Shown: positions 51,346 to 61,919, counted from the first letter of the stretch. The stretch is 64,000 nt of DNA from Chitinophagales bacterium (GCA_041751015.1 JBGSYF010000030.1:16973-80972), one strand, 5' to 3'. Translations and numbers: made by a program. Notes: generated by a model not told the origin, from the letters alone.

Positions 51346-52780
51346 TGCGCAGGTTGAACAGGAAACGGCTCCCGTTTCCCTCATCGGATTCTACCCAAAT
51401 CTTTCCGCCGTGGTGCTCGACGATGCGGCGACAGACTGCCAGCCCGATGCCGCTTCCCTCCACCTCTTCGCTGTCGTGCAGCCTTTCGAACAGCGAAAAA
51501 ACCTTCTCGCGGTACTCTGGGGCTATGCCCAGGCCGTTGTCCTGAACACAGAATTGCACAAACCCGGGGAGTTCTTTGGCAGAGACAATGACCTCGCAGC
51601 GGCGCTGAGGGTGTCGAAACTTGAGGGCATTCTCAATCAGGTTCTGAAAAAGCTGGGCCAGTTGACTGCGGCTGGCCGTCACTCCGGGCAGATAGGCGCT
51701 CAGGATATCGGCATCAGCGGCCTGGCTGAGTTCCTGCAGATTGGTATTGACCTCCTGCAGCACTTCATTCACATTGACAGGCCTCATATCTTCGTCGGCG
51801 CGTTGCGTGCGTGAATAGGTCAGCAGATCGCGGATCATGCGCTGCATACGGCGGCTGCCCTCTATGGCGTGATGGATCAGTTCCTGGGCCTCATCGTCCA
51901 GATCAGCGCCGTACTTGCGCTGCAAGAGTTGAACAAAATTGCTCACCGTGCGCAGGGGCTGTTGCAAATCGTGCGAGGCCTGAAAGGCAAACTGCTCCAG
52001 TTCGAGATTGGTTCTGGCCAGGGCTTCAGCCCGCTGCCGCAGCTTGTGCTCGGAACGCACCTGACGGTCAATACTCTGAGCGCTCACCAGATAGATGATC
52101 TCGCCGCCCGCTTCCTGCTCGCCGGCGGGTCTAAACGGCAAGACGTTTACCGTAACCCATATGCTCCGCTGGTTGCGCTTTTTGAGCCTTAGGGGAATCT
52201 GATATCGGGGCAGCTTGCCGCTTCTGAGCTGGGCTTCCTGTTCCCGGACCAGAAGCTGGTCGTTCTTGTGCACCAGGTCGAAGGCCCTCTGTCCCTGCAA
52301 GTCCTCTGGTCCATAGCCCAGCATTCGGGCCATGCTCTCGTTGATGCTCTGGATCACGCCGCTGGCATCGAGCAGCAAGATGCCGATGGCCCCGCTGTTG
52401 AACAGGGTGCTGAACAGCGCATCGCTTTCGGGCATGGAGGCGATCTGTCTGGCCTGGCCACAGATCAGGTTGTTGCCTTCGGTCCACTGCCAGGTCCAGC
52501 GCTGAGCGCTTCGGCCTTCGGTGTGAAACCAGGCAACAAAGCTGGCCGGCCCTTCGACCAGATGATCAAAGAGTTGGAGCAGAGAAGCGTAGGAGCTGCT
52601 GTCCAGGCCCTGGCCGAAGGGCTGTCCGCGCTGCCAGGCGCCAAAATGCCGTTCATAGGCCGTGTTGGCCATGACCATTGCGCCGTCCTTCCGGAGCACC
52701 ACCGCTGGTTGTTCCAGTTGTTCAAAGAAGATGCCGGCTATCTCGGCGCGTGAACGGGCAGCAAATTCGTCAGCGGACAT
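51338..52780 (-). CDS. Cytoplasmic PAS-domain sensor histidine kinase
   Basis: PAS domains; ASHDLQQPLR, NLIENALKF, DNGLG, GSGIGL; no TM. Confidence 0.92.
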   Translation of the reverse strand: MSADEFAARSRAEIAGIFFEQLEQPAVVLRKDGAMVMANTAYERHFGAWQRGQPFGQGLDSSSYASLLQLFDHLVEGPASFVAWFHTEGRSAQRWTWQWTEGNNLICGQARQIASMPESDALFSTLFNSGAIGILLLDASGVIQSINESMARMLGYGPEDLQGQRAFDLVHKNDQLLVREQEAQLRSGKLPRYQIPLRLKKRNQRSIWVTVNVLPFRPAGEQEAGGEIIYLVSAQSIDRQVRSEHKLRQRAEALARTNLELEQFAFQASHDLQQPLRTVSNFVQLLQRKYGADLDDEAQELIHHAIEGSRRMQRMIRDLLTYSRTQRADEDMRPVNVNEVLQEVNTNLQELSQAADADILSAYLPGVTASRSQLAQLFQNLIENALKFRHPQRRCEVIVSAKELPGFVQFCVQDNGLGIAPEYREKVFSLFERLHDSEEVEGSGIGLAVCRRIVEHHGGKIWVESDEGNGSRFLFNLRNV

Positions 52781-52961
52781 AGTGCTTGTGGATACTTTGC
52801 ATTGCAGCGAAAACCGAATTGAGCCACTTGAGCAGAACATTCTGCCCGCTTTGCGGACTTCATTCGCTCTAAAGCCTCAAACAGTGCTCCTGCAAAGCCG
52901 TACTAAGTCAATGATAACCGAATCGCGCGTCTTGTGCAAATTAAGGCTGAGCCGCGTGTTG

Positions 52962-53858
52962 TCAAACTGCGGAGGAAGCGCGGTTGCGCTGTATGCGGCG
53001 GCTCAGGAAGGGATGGATAAAAACAGCTAACAAGATCATGGCCGCCCCGGCATAGAATCCGGGGGAAAGCTCCTTGTGCTCGGCAAAGACGACCATGGCT
53101 AACAATATGCCATAGAGCGGTTCCAGATTGATGCTCAAACTGCTGACAAAGGCGCTGAGGACAGACAGTGCGCGCAGGCCCAGCACATAGGCCAGAGTGG
53201 TGCAGAGCAGGGCAAGGATCAGCAGCCATAGCCAGTCCATGGGCTGGGGCACGCCAATGCTGGAAGGGTCATTTAGGCTGCGGAGACCCAGCACCAGCGT
53301 TAAAAAGAGCCATCCGGCGCCCAGTTCCAGCAAAGTGATGGGAAGGGCGGCATGGCGGCTGACTTGCACCTTGTTCAGGGTGCCGAAGAGCGAAGCCAGC
53401 AGGGCGCTGAGCACCCCGAGCAGGATTCCGGTCCCGTATCCGCCGGTAAAATGGTGGATCATCAAAACTCCTGGAATGATGAATAGACCCAGCAGAAATT
53501 CTTCGGGTCGAAAGCGGCGCCTGGCAATCAGCGGCTCCAGTACGGCGGTAAAGAGGGCCGACGTTCCCAGACAACTAAGGGCTACAGAAACAGTGCTGAG
53601 TTTGATGGAGGCGAAGAAGCTGACCCAGTGCAGGGCCACCACCACCCCGATTCCGGCAAGTTTCAGGCACTCTTTCGGGGGAATGGCCATCAAGCTGCGC
53701 ACCAAGCCCGGTACAATCAGCAGACTCAGCGTGGTCAGCCCCATCCGGTACCAGACCAGCCAGGCGCCGTCCAGGCTGATCAGGCGGCCCAAAACCGCCG
53801 TAAACCCAAAGAGAAGCACGGCGATATGGAGTTCGAGGTAGGCGCGCTGAGTGCTCAT
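52962..53858 (-). CDS. DMT/EamA-family transporter
   Basis: About 10 TMs in two repeats; HWVSFFASIK, NLEPLYGI. Confidence 0.9.
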   Translation of the reverse strand: MSTQRAYLELHIAVLLFGFTAVLGRLISLDGAWLVWYRMGLTTLSLLIVPGLVRSLMAIPPKECLKLAGIGVVVALHWVSFFASIKLSTVSVALSCLGTSALFTAVLEPLIARRRFRPEEFLLGLFIIPGVLMIHHFTGGYGTGILLGVLSALLASLFGTLNKVQVSRHAALPITLLELGAGWLFLTLVLGLRSLNDPSSIGVPQPMDWLWLLILALLCTTLAYVLGLRALSVLSAFVSSLSINLEPLYGILLAMVVFAEHKELSPGFYAGAAMILLAVFIHPFLSRRIQRNRASSAV

Positions 53859-53999
53859 GAGATGCCCGGCGAATAGAGGTTAAAAGCCTGATAGAATCAG
53901 AAAGTGGGCAAAAATACCCCGGTCATTTGCAGATTTAGCGCATAAAGGATACTTTTAATGGTTAACTATCTGGCTGAACCCTCCATCCAAACTCCTACC

Positions 54000-55904
54000 A
54001 TGAAGAAGATCTTTACCCCCTTTCTCCTATTGCTCCTGGGCCTTTTCAGTGCATCTGAGCTGATGAGCCAAACCGTGCTCTACCAAACCGACTTTGAGAG
54101 TGGAATTCCGGCAACCTGGAGCCAAACCACTGCCGATGCCACCAGCAATGGCTTTGAACATGGCACCAGCATCTCTCTGAGCAGTGAGTATTTTCCCATT
54201 CCCGTGCACACCTTTTTTGTGGCGGCCAATGACGACAAGGACGGCTGCTGGACAGGCTCTGCTGACCCCTGCAGCAACCGCAGCGCTGACCGCCTGATCA
54301 TGCCTTCCATGGACTTCAGCGGTGTGAGCAATCCCCGACTGGTCTTTGACCGCTACTTTATTGAAGGCACCTATGTTTATACCGAAAGTGCAGCAGTGCA
54401 GGCCTCAACGGACAATGGCGCCTCCTGGACAACGGTAAAGACCCTGGACGGCGCTGGTGAATGGGTGACCGAATTGGTGGATCTCAGCGCCTACGGCGGC
54501 ATGCCCGATGTCAAGATTTGCTTTTTCTACAACGATGGAGGGGGATGGCTCTTTGGCCTGGCAGTTGATGATGTGAGCATCATTGAGCCGCCAGCTTATG
54601 ATATGGCCGCAACGGATCTGGTTGTTCCCAATTCCTACGAAGTGGCTGGAAGCCGCACGATTCAGGGCAGCCTGTTGAACAATGGTTCCGAAACGATCAA
54701 TAGCCTGACGCTCAATTACAGCATCAGCGGCGGTGCCACGGTCTCCGACAACCTGACTGGTCTCAATATCGTTCCGCTCGGCACCTACAGTTTCACCCAC
54801 CCCAGTGCCTGGATGGCCAGCGCTTCTGCCTCACAACAAACCATTGAAATCTGGGCCAGCAACCTGAATGGCTACCCCGATGAAGTACCGGCCAATGACC
54901 GCCTTACTAAAGGCCTTTACATTGTTGATGCCTCGCAGACCACGCCCCGCCATGTGTTGTTTGAGCATTTTACCAGCTCGAATTGCGCTCCCTGTGCTTC
55001 ACAGAATCCCGCCTACTTCAGTACTCTGAGCAACAATACCGACAAAGCCACTAACCTCTCTTACCACGTCTGGTGGCCTTATAGCACCGATCCCTTTTAT
55101 AACAGCTATACCGCCGGCCCACAAGCCAGGGTATCCTATTACAATAACGTCTTTGCCCCCTGGGCCTGGATGGACGGCAACAGCACTAATGGACTTGCTC
55201 AGGTCAACAATCTGTTGATCAACAATCGCCAGGCTTATCCGGCTCTGTTTGAGATTGATGCCTACGTGGTCATTAGCACTACAAACGAGCTTCAGGTTTC
55301 AGGCACACTCAAATCTCTGGCACCTTATTGGGGAACAGACGTCTCCCTGCACATTGTAGTGATGGAAGAGTACATTCCCGGTCCCAACCCAGACCCCAAC
55401 CCAAACTCGGAGAACAAGTTCGAAACCGTGGTTCGGCAAATGCTGCCATCACACAACGGCGCCGCTGTAATTGCACTCAATGCCGGTGGGGAACAAACGT
55501 TTAGCGGCAACTGGCCCATGGGGGGAACGGGCGTAAATCCCGATGAAATTGCGGTGGTTATTTTCGTGCAGGACAACACTACAAAGGCTGTGATGCAAAG
55601 TGCCTATTTCAAACCCGGTGTCAGCGGTCTCGAAGAGCTTCCGATCGCCAGCCAGTTGAAGCTCTATCCCAACCCTGCGCAGGATTTCAGTGTATTGCAC
55701 TTTGATCTGGAGCAGTCGGCCAACTTGAGGGTTGAGCTGTACGACCTGACGGGCCGCGTCATACAAAGCCTGAGCGAACAGAACTTCAGCCAGGGCCAGC
55801 ACACGCTGAACCTGAACTTGAGCGAACTGCACACCGGCGTTTACTTCGTAGCCCTTGTGGGCCAGAATGGACGGCAGCACATGCAGTTTCATGTGATCCG
55901 CTGA
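54000..55904 (+). CDS. T9SS type-A cargo with adhesin-like beta-sandwich and Omp28-like CxxC domain
   Basis: MKKIF signal peptide; DFESGIPATW, ASTDNGASW, AVDDVSI; FEHFTSSNCAPC, YHVWWP; LYPNP...YDLTGR...GVYFV CTD. Confidence 0.87.
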   Translation: MKKIFTPFLLLLLGLFSASELMSQTVLYQTDFESGIPATWSQTTADATSNGFEHGTSISLSSEYFPIPVHTFFVAANDDKDGCWTGSADPCSNRSADRLIMPSMDFSGVSNPRLVFDRYFIEGTYVYTESAAVQASTDNGASWTTVKTLDGAGEWVTELVDLSAYGGMPDVKICFFYNDGGGWLFGLAVDDVSIIEPPAYDMAATDLVVPNSYEVAGSRTIQGSLLNNGSETINSLTLNYSISGGATVSDNLTGLNIVPLGTYSFTHPSAWMASASASQQTIEIWASNLNGYPDEVPANDRLTKGLYIVDASQTTPRHVLFEHFTSSNCAPCASQNPAYFSTLSNNTDKATNLSYHVWWPYSTDPFYNSYTAGPQARVSYYNNVFAPWAWMDGNSTNGLAQVNNLLINNRQAYPALFEIDAYVVISTTNELQVSGTLKSLAPYWGTDVSLHIVVMEEYIPGPNPDPNPNSENKFETVVRQMLPSHNGAAVIALNAGGEQTFSGNWPMGGTGVNPDEIAVVIFVQDNTTKAVMQSAYFKPGVSGLEELPIASQLKLYPNPAQDFSVLHFDLEQSANLRVELYDLTGRVIQSLSEQNFSQGQHTLNLNLSELHTGVYFVALVGQNGRQHMQFHVIR

Positions 55905-55905
55905 T

Positions 55906-56601
55906 TCAGCCTTCCATCAGACCCTGATCGGCAAAGCTGAAGTAACCCCCATCGGTGATGATGAGGTGGTCGAGTATGGCAATGTCCATGACCTTGCCAG
56001 CCTTGACCACCTTTCTCGTCAGTTGCACATCGGCCTCACTGGGTTTGAGATTGCCCGAAGGGTGATTGTGGCACAGCGCCAGGGCGGAAGCCAGTTTTTC
56101 CAGGGCAACCTTGAAGATGAGCTTGACATCCACCACCGTTCCGCTCACACCGCCCACACTGATGCGCTCCCGGTGCAGCATGCGATTGGCGCGGTTCATG
56201 TAGAGCACCCAGAACTCTTCGCGGTCTCGGTCGCTGAGCACATCCCGGATCTGGGCGTCCAAATCCTGGCTGCAACGCACCTGAGGCCTCAATTCCTGTC
56301 GGCTGGAATGGCGGCGCCGGGCCAACTCCAGGGCGGCAACGATCTTGACGGCCTTGGCCTCTCCTATGCCGCGATGACGGGCCAGATCCGCCGGACCCAG
56401 GCGGGCCAGACGGCCCAAATCCTGCTCCAGATCAGCCAGAATGACCTTGGCCAGATCCAGGGCATTGCGCTCCCGGTCTCCCGAGCCAATCAAAATGGCC
56501 AGCAACTCGGCATTGCTCAATTCATGCCGCCCTTTGAGCAGCAGTTTTTCGCGGGGGCGATCTTCTTCGGCCCAGCGGCGTATGGCCAATCCTTCTTCCA
56601 T
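55906..56601 (-). CDS. radC: RadC/JAB-domain protein
   Basis: DRPREKL, LSNAELLAI, HhH GIGEAKA, HNHPSG..PSEAD, LDHLI. Confidence 0.95.
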   Translation of the reverse strand: MEEGLAIRRWAEEDRPREKLLLKGRHELSNAELLAILIGSGDRERNALDLAKVILADLEQDLGRLARLGPADLARHRGIGEAKAVKIVAALELARRRHSSRQELRPQVRCSQDLDAQIRDVLSDRDREEFWVLYMNRANRMLHRERISVGGVSGTVVDVKLIFKVALEKLASALALCHNHPSGNLKPSEADVQLTRKVVKAGKVMDIAILDHLIITDGGYFSFADQGLMEG

Positions 56602-56741
56602 GCAGCAAAACTGCTGAGGCGATCAGCCCCAGGCCCCGAAATTGGGTGCGGCCTTTCGGAATGTGGAAAAATCACAGGACCGCAGCGGACCCCTGGGCGC
56701 AAATCTGAGTCCGCAGGCGTGCAGCGCGGCCCTTCGACCCG

Positions 56742-56767
56742 AAAAAAAAACCGCCCCAGAAGGGCGG
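56742..56767 (-). terminator. Intrinsic terminator of rpsT
   Basis: Minus strand CCGCCC-ttctg-GGGCGG-T9. Confidence 0.88.
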
Positions 56768-56804
56768 CTTGCAACGGGAAAACCCGAATGATTTGCTGTA
56801 AAAC

Positions 56805-57062
56805 TCAGGCCTGCAGGGCATTCACATGCCTGGCGATGCCCGATTTGAGGTTGCCCGCCTTGTTCTTGTGGATCACACCGCGCTTGGCCAGGCGGTCGAT
56901 CATGGAAATGACCTTAGGTGCCATTTCTTTGGCTTCCTTTTGAGCCGTTGATGCGCGGAACCGGCGCAGGGCGTTTCGCGTTGTCTTGCCGTAATAGCGG
57001 TTGCGCAGGCGGCTGACTGCCGTCTGGCGAATGCGTTTCTTAGCGGATGCGTGGTGGGCCAT
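56805..57062 (-). CDS. rpsT: 30S ribosomal protein S20
   Basis: MAHHASAKKRIRQ..RLRNRY..IDRLAKRGVIHKNKA; start at ATG 57062. Confidence 0.97.
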   Translation of the reverse strand: MAHHASAKKRIRQTAVSRLRNRYYGKTTRNALRRFRASTAQKEAKEMAPKVISMIDRLAKRGVIHKNKAGNLKSGIARHVNALQA

Positions 57063-57098
57063 AACTGTTAAATCAGTCTGTCGTATGCGAATGGAGGG

Positions 57099-57131
57099 CA
57101 AAGATAGAACATTTTGGCGTTGCGGAACAAA
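57099..57131 (-). promoter_or_regulatory. rpsT promoter
   Basis: Minus strand TTTG, 21-nt spacer, TATCTTTG. Confidence 0.82.
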
Positions 57132-57213
57132 ATTTGGACAAAAATCCATCAAAATTGAGCGAATGGGGCTGCTGGCAGGGGCCATTTTGCCTGCCTTAAA
57201 TGTCCTTGTTCGC

Positions 57214-57221
57214 TAACTTTG
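57214..57221 (+). promoter_or_regulatory. sucA -7 promoter element
   Basis: TAACTTTG 34 nt upstream of the sucA ATG. Confidence 0.7.
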
Positions 57222-57255
57222 ACCTTCACTATCCCCGACTTTCGGGGGCTCCTCT

Positions 57256-60000
57256 ATGGACCCATTCTCCTACATTGCCAACGCCGACCCGGCGTACATC
57301 GACTCGCTGTACCGCGACTTCAAGAAAGACCCGGTTTCGGTCAACGAAAGCTGGAAGAAGTTCTTTGAGGGCTTTGAATTTGCCATAGCCCGCTTTGACA
57401 GCCCGGATGCCCCCGGCGCCGATGGGCAGGCGTCGGAAGGCCTTTCGACCAAGGAATTCAGGGTGCTCAAGCTCATCTTTGCCTATCGCGAAAAAGGGCA
57501 TTTGCTCAGCAATACCAACCCCATCAGGCCCCGACGCGACCGTCAGCCCCACCTGGATCTGGCCGATTTCGGGCTGAGTGAAAGCGATCTGGACGAGTCC
57601 TTTGCCGCCGGTGCCGAGCTGGGTCTGGGTCGCTGCAGCCTGCGCGAAATCATCGCCTTTCTGCACGATATCTACTGTCACACCCTGGGCTTTGAGTACG
57701 AGTACATTCAATCGCCCGAGCAAATACAGTGGATACGCGATCGGATCGAAGGGGGTTCGCGCACCATTCAGATTCCACTGGAAAAGAAGAAGCGCATCCT
57801 GAAAAAACTCAACGACACCGTTGTCTTTGAGGAATTCCTGGGCAAGAAATACATCGGTCAGAAGCGCTTTTCGCTCGAAGGGGGAGAGACCACAGTGGCC
57901 GCCCTGGATGCCATCATCAATGAAGCGGCTGAAAACGGCGTAGAGGAAGTGGTCTTCGGAATGGCCCACCGCGGCCGCCTGAACATGCTGGTCAACATCA
58001 TGGGCAAGACCTATGAACAAGTGTTCAGCGAGTTTGAAGGCATATCCTTTCCCGACATGAGCATGGGCGACGGAGATGTCAAATACCATCTCGGTTATTC
58101 CTCCATCGTCACCACTCCCACGGGCAAGAATGTTCATCTAAAATTGAGCCCCAATCCTTCGCATCTTGAAGCGGTAGCACCGGTCATGCAGGGTTTTTGC
58201 AGGGCGAAGGGCGACCTGCTCTATGGCGGGGATCGCAGCCGCGTCCTGCCAGTGGTCATTCACGGAGATGCCGCCATAGCCGGACAAGGCGTGGTCTATG
58301 AAGTGGTGCAGATGAGCCAGTTGGCCGGCTACCAGAACGGAGGCAGCATTCACTTTGTGATCAACAACCAGATTGGCTTCACCACCGATTTTGACGACGC
58401 CCGCTCTTCGGACTACTGCACCAGCGTGGCGCGCATCGTTCACGCGCCCGTCATTCACGTCAATGGCGACGATGCCGAAGCGGTGATCTACGCTGTGGAG
58501 ATGGCGGTGGCCTTTCGCCAAAAATTCAAGAAAAACGTCTTTGTGGACATGGTGTGCTACCGCAAGCACGGCCACAATGAAGGCGATGACCCCAAGTTTA
58601 CCCAACCCGGTCTGTACAACCTCATTGAGCAGCACCCCAATCCCCGCGACCGCTACATGGACCACCTGATGAAAACAGGTGCCGTGGACGATCGCAAGCT
58701 GGCCGAGGACATGCAGCAGGAATTCTGGGCCACGCTTCAGGCCCGCCTGGACATGGTCAAGCAGAAGGCCCTTCCCTATGAATACCAGCAGCCCGAGATG
58801 GCCTGGAAGAAACTGGGCAAGGGCAACCAGAGCGACGACTTTGAGAAAGCGCCCAAAACCGGGGTGAGCAAGGCGCGGCTCAACAAAGTCTTTGAGGGCA
58901 TACACCACATTCCCGAAGGACTGAAAGTGCTGCCCAAAGTGCGCAAGATGCTGCAGAACAACTACGATCTGTACAGCAAAAGCGGCAGCGTTGACTGGGC
59001 CCTGGCCGAGCTGCTGGCCTATGGCACCCTGTTGGTGGAAGGGCATGAGATTCGAATGAGCGGGCAGGACACCAAGCGGGGCACCTTCAGCCACCGCCAC
59101 GCCACGCTCTACGACGAAGAAACCAGCACGGAGTACAACCGCCTCGACGATCTGGACGCCAAACAGGGCAAGTTCAGAATCTACAATTCCCTGCTCAGCG
59201 AGTTTGCCGTGCTCGGCTTTGAATACGGCTACAGTCTGGCCAGCCCGCAAACTCTCACGATCTGGGAGGCCCAGTTCGGCGATTTTGTCAACGGCGCCCA
59301 GACCATCATAGACCAGTTCATCAGTTCGGGTCAGAGCAAATGGCAGCGCATGAGCGGCCTGACCATGCTTCTGCCCCACGGCTACGAAGGCCAGGGTCCC
59401 GAGCACAGCAGCGCCCGCCTGGAGCGCTTCCTTCAGTCTTGCGCTGAGTTCAACATGGTGGTGGTCAACGTGACCACACCCGCCAACTTCTTCCACCTCT
59501 TGCGCCGTCAGTTGCACTGGCCTTTCCGCAAACCTCTGGTGGTCATGTCGCCCAAAAGCCTCTTGCGCCACCCGCTCTGCCGCTCCTCGGTGGAGGAATT
59601 GAGCAAGGGAAGCTTCAGGCATTTGATAGACGATGAATACGCGGCCAAAAACGCCCGCAACGTGAGCAAGATCCTGTTCTGCAGCGGCAAGATCTACTAT
59701 GATTTGGCCGAAAGGCAGCAGAAAGATCAGCGCAAAGACGTGGCCATTGTCCGACTGGAACAGCTCTATCCACTGCCCATCACGGAGATCGAAGCGGTGC
59801 TGGATCGCTACCCAAATGCCATGACCTGCTGGGTGCAGGAAGAGCCCGCCAACATGGGCGCATGGAGCTATATGCTGGCTCGTTATCCCGACATGGAATG
59901 GGATCCGATCTGCCGCAAATCAAGCGCCAGCCCGGCCACCGGCTATATGAAAGTACATAATATAGAACAAAAATACCTGATTGATCAGGCCTTCAGTTAG
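57256..60000 (+). CDS. sucA: 2-oxoglutarate dehydrogenase E1
   Basis: KRFSLEG, GMAHRGRLN, GDVKYH, HGDAA..GQG, RGTFSHRH, WEAQFGDF, GPEHSSAR. Confidence 0.98.
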   Translation: MDPFSYIANADPAYIDSLYRDFKKDPVSVNESWKKFFEGFEFAIARFDSPDAPGADGQASEGLSTKEFRVLKLIFAYREKGHLLSNTNPIRPRRDRQPHLDLADFGLSESDLDESFAAGAELGLGRCSLREIIAFLHDIYCHTLGFEYEYIQSPEQIQWIRDRIEGGSRTIQIPLEKKKRILKKLNDTVVFEEFLGKKYIGQKRFSLEGGETTVAALDAIINEAAENGVEEVVFGMAHRGRLNMLVNIMGKTYEQVFSEFEGISFPDMSMGDGDVKYHLGYSSIVTTPTGKNVHLKLSPNPSHLEAVAPVMQGFCRAKGDLLYGGDRSRVLPVVIHGDAAIAGQGVVYEVVQMSQLAGYQNGGSIHFVINNQIGFTTDFDDARSSDYCTSVARIVHAPVIHVNGDDAEAVIYAVEMAVAFRQKFKKNVFVDMVCYRKHGHNEGDDPKFTQPGLYNLIEQHPNPRDRYMDHLMKTGAVDDRKLAEDMQQEFWATLQARLDMVKQKALPYEYQQPEMAWKKLGKGNQSDDFEKAPKTGVSKARLNKVFEGIHHIPEGLKVLPKVRKMLQNNYDLYSKSGSVDWALAELLAYGTLLVEGHEIRMSGQDTKRGTFSHRHATLYDEETSTEYNRLDDLDAKQGKFRIYNSLLSEFAVLGFEYGYSLASPQTLTIWEAQFGDFVNGAQTIIDQFISSGQSKWQRMSGLTMLLPHGYEGQGPEHSSARLERFLQSCAEFNMVVVNVTTPANFFHLLRRQLHWPFRKPLVVMSPKSLLRHPLCRSSVEELSKGSFRHLIDDEYAAKNARNVSKILFCSGKIYYDLAERQQKDQRKDVAIVRLEQLYPLPITEIEAVLDRYPNAMTCWVQEEPANMGAWSYMLARYPDMEWDPICRKSSASPATGYMKVHNIEQKYLIDQAFS

Positions 60001-60077
60001 GGCGAAGGGCGGCTCCGGTCAACCGCGGGCCCGAGCTTCGCTCAAACTTTAGTTGCTTTGTCCCATAAACCTGCCTC

Positions 60078-61544
60078 ATGATCATCGAAGCCAAAGTGCC
60101 TGTTATCGGCGAGTCCATCAACGAAGTAACCTTGAGCCAGTGGTTGGTTGAAGACGGCGACTACGTGCAAATCGATCAGTCCATTTGCGAGTTTGAGTCG
60201 GACAAGGCCACCCTGGAGTTTCCGGCCGAGAAAGCGGGGCGAATCAGTTTTGTGGCATCCGAGGGCCAGGATCTCAAGATCGGCGACGTCGTCGCCCGCA
60301 TCGACACCAGCGTGGAGGCTCCGGCCGGCAAGGCCAAGCCGGAAGTGGCCGCGGGTGCGGGTGCTGAGGCGGGCGCGGGTTCAAAAGCATCTGGGGCAAA
60401 GTCGGAGTCGGGTGGAAAGGGGAGCTCGAGTGCTACCAGCGCAGATTCTAGCTCGGGTTCCGGGGCCGGCTCCGGCTCTTCGGGCAAGTCCTCCTCAGCC
60501 GCCGCTGAAGCGGCTTCGGCTCCGGTCTCCGGCAATGGCAAGGCCAAGGCTTCGGATGCGGGAGCTGGTGCGGGTGCGGGTGCAGGCTCGGGCTCGGGCT
60601 CCTCTGGCGCGGGCTCCTCGGGCTCCGGCGCGGGCTCCTCAGGCGCGGGCTCAAACGCCAGCCCTCTGGCCGCCGCCATGATGGCCGACAAAGGCCTTTC
60701 GCCCCGACAAATCAAAGGCAGCGGCCCCGGCGGACGCATCACCAAGGCCGATGTGATCCGCGCGGTGGAACAAGGGCTGCCCGCTGCAGAGGCCATTCGA
60801 TCTCTGAAAGCCTTTAGCCGCGAACAGCGCAGCGAGCGCAGCAGCCGCCTGCGCCAAACCGTTGCCCGCCGCCTGGTCAGCGTCAAGAATCAGACGGCCA
60901 TGCTCACCACGTTCAACGAAGTGGACATGGGCCCGGTGATGGAGATGCGCAGCAAGTACAAAGAGGCCTTTCAGAAAAAGCACGGAGTCAGTCTGGGCTT
61001 CATGAGCTTCTTCACGCGCGCCTGTTGCAACGCCCTGCAGGAGTTTCCGATGGTCAACGCCTGGTACGACGAAAAAGAAATCCACTTTCACGATTATTGC
61101 GATGTTTCCATCGCCGTTTCTACGCCCCGGGGCTTAGTGGTGCCGGTTCTGCGCAACGCCGAATCCCTGGACATGCACGAGATTGAAACGGGCATCAAGG
61201 ATCTGGCCATCCGCGCCCGCGACGGCAAGCTGTCTCTGGAGGAAATGGAGGGCGGCACCTTCACCATCACCAATGGTGGCGTGTTCGGCTCCATGCTCTC
61301 CACCCCCATCATCAATTCGCCTCAAAGCGCTATCCTGGGCATGCACAAGATTGAAGAACGCCCTATCGCTCTGAACGGGCAGGTGGTCATTCGACCCATG
61401 ATGTATCTGGCCCTCTCCTACGACCACCGCATCATAGATGGAAAGGAGTCGGTGAGTTTTCTGGTGCGGATCAAGCAGCAATTGGAGAATCCCGAGCAAC
61501 TTTTATTCGGAAAAGATCCGATGGAATTGCTGCTCGGTCTCTGA
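60078..61544 (+). CDS. sucB: Dihydrolipoyllysine-residue succinyltransferase (E2)
   Basis: Lipoyl ESDKA, E3-binding [31 protein letters not shown]. Confidence 0.97.
   Translation: MIIEAKVPVIGESINEVTLSQWLVEDGDYVQIDQSICEFESDKATLEFPAEKAGRISFVASEGQDLKIGDVVARIDTSVEAPAGKAKPEVAAGAGAEAGAGSKASGAKSESGGKGSSSATSADSSSGSGAGSGSSGKSSSAAAEAASAPVSGNGKAKASDAGAGAGAGAGSGSGSSGAGSSGSGAGSSGAGSNASPLAAAMMADKGLSPRQIKGSGPGGRITKADVIRAVEQGLPAAEAIRSLKAFSREQRSERSSRLRQTVARRLVSVKNQTAMLTTFNEVDMGPVMEMRSKYKEAFQKKHGVSLGFMSFFTRACCNALQEFPMVNAWYDEKEIHFHDYCDVSIAVSTPRGLVVPVLRNAESLDMHEIETGIKDLAIRARDGKLSLEEMEGGTFTITNGGVFGSMLSTPIINSPQSAILGMHKIEERPIALNGQVVIRPMMYLALSYDHRIIDGKESVSFLVRIKQQLENPEQLLFGKDPMELLLGL
60340..60655 (+). repeat. Low-complexity Gly/Ser/Ala repeat in the SucB linker
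   Basis: Repeated GCGGGT and GGCGCGGGCTCCTC(G/A/T) units encoding AG and GAGSS. Confidence 0.8.
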
Positions 61545-61919
61545 TCAGAGCGTCTGGGGCTGCAGAAACTCCAGGCCCGGCAGGTTGCGCAACACGCTGT
61601 AAATCAGCACCCCGCCGATCAGCATCCACCAGGCCCTTCGCCCGAACCAACGCCTGCCGCTGTAGCCCTCATAGAGCCAGAGCAGGCCGAGCGGAATGGC
61701 CAGCACCACCATGGCATTGCTGCGCAAAGCGTCCATCCATTGACCCGTTTTCAGGTGGAAAAGTGCCCGTTCTCCGCCGCAAGCCGGGCAATAAGTGCCG
61801 CTAAACTGCCACCAATAACAGTCGGGACGGCCGTAAACTCCCATGCGCAACAGCAGTAAAACGCCCAGCAGCAGGGCGCCAAGCGCGAGCAGCAGTCGCA
61901 GGCGGGCGGCAAAACTCAT
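61545..61919 (-). CDS. DUF2752-like membrane protein
   Basis: C-x8-CPACGGERA, ALRSN, SVLRN; three TMs; preceded by TAACTTTG-TCCT-ATG. Confidence 0.85.
   Translation of the reverse strand: MSFAARLRLLLALGALLLGVLLLLRMGVYGRPDCYWWQFSGTYCPACGGERALFHLKTGQWMDALRSNAMVVLAIPLGLLWLYEGYSGRRWFGRRAWWMLIGGVLIYSVLRNLPGLEFLQPQTL

Noticed and set aside
56602-56741. Possible tRNA between rpsT and radC
   Set aside because: No cloverleaf or GTTCRA T-loop on either strand
60001-60045. GC-rich stem between sucA and sucB
   Set aside because: No U-tract or known motif; at most an mRNA stability hairpin
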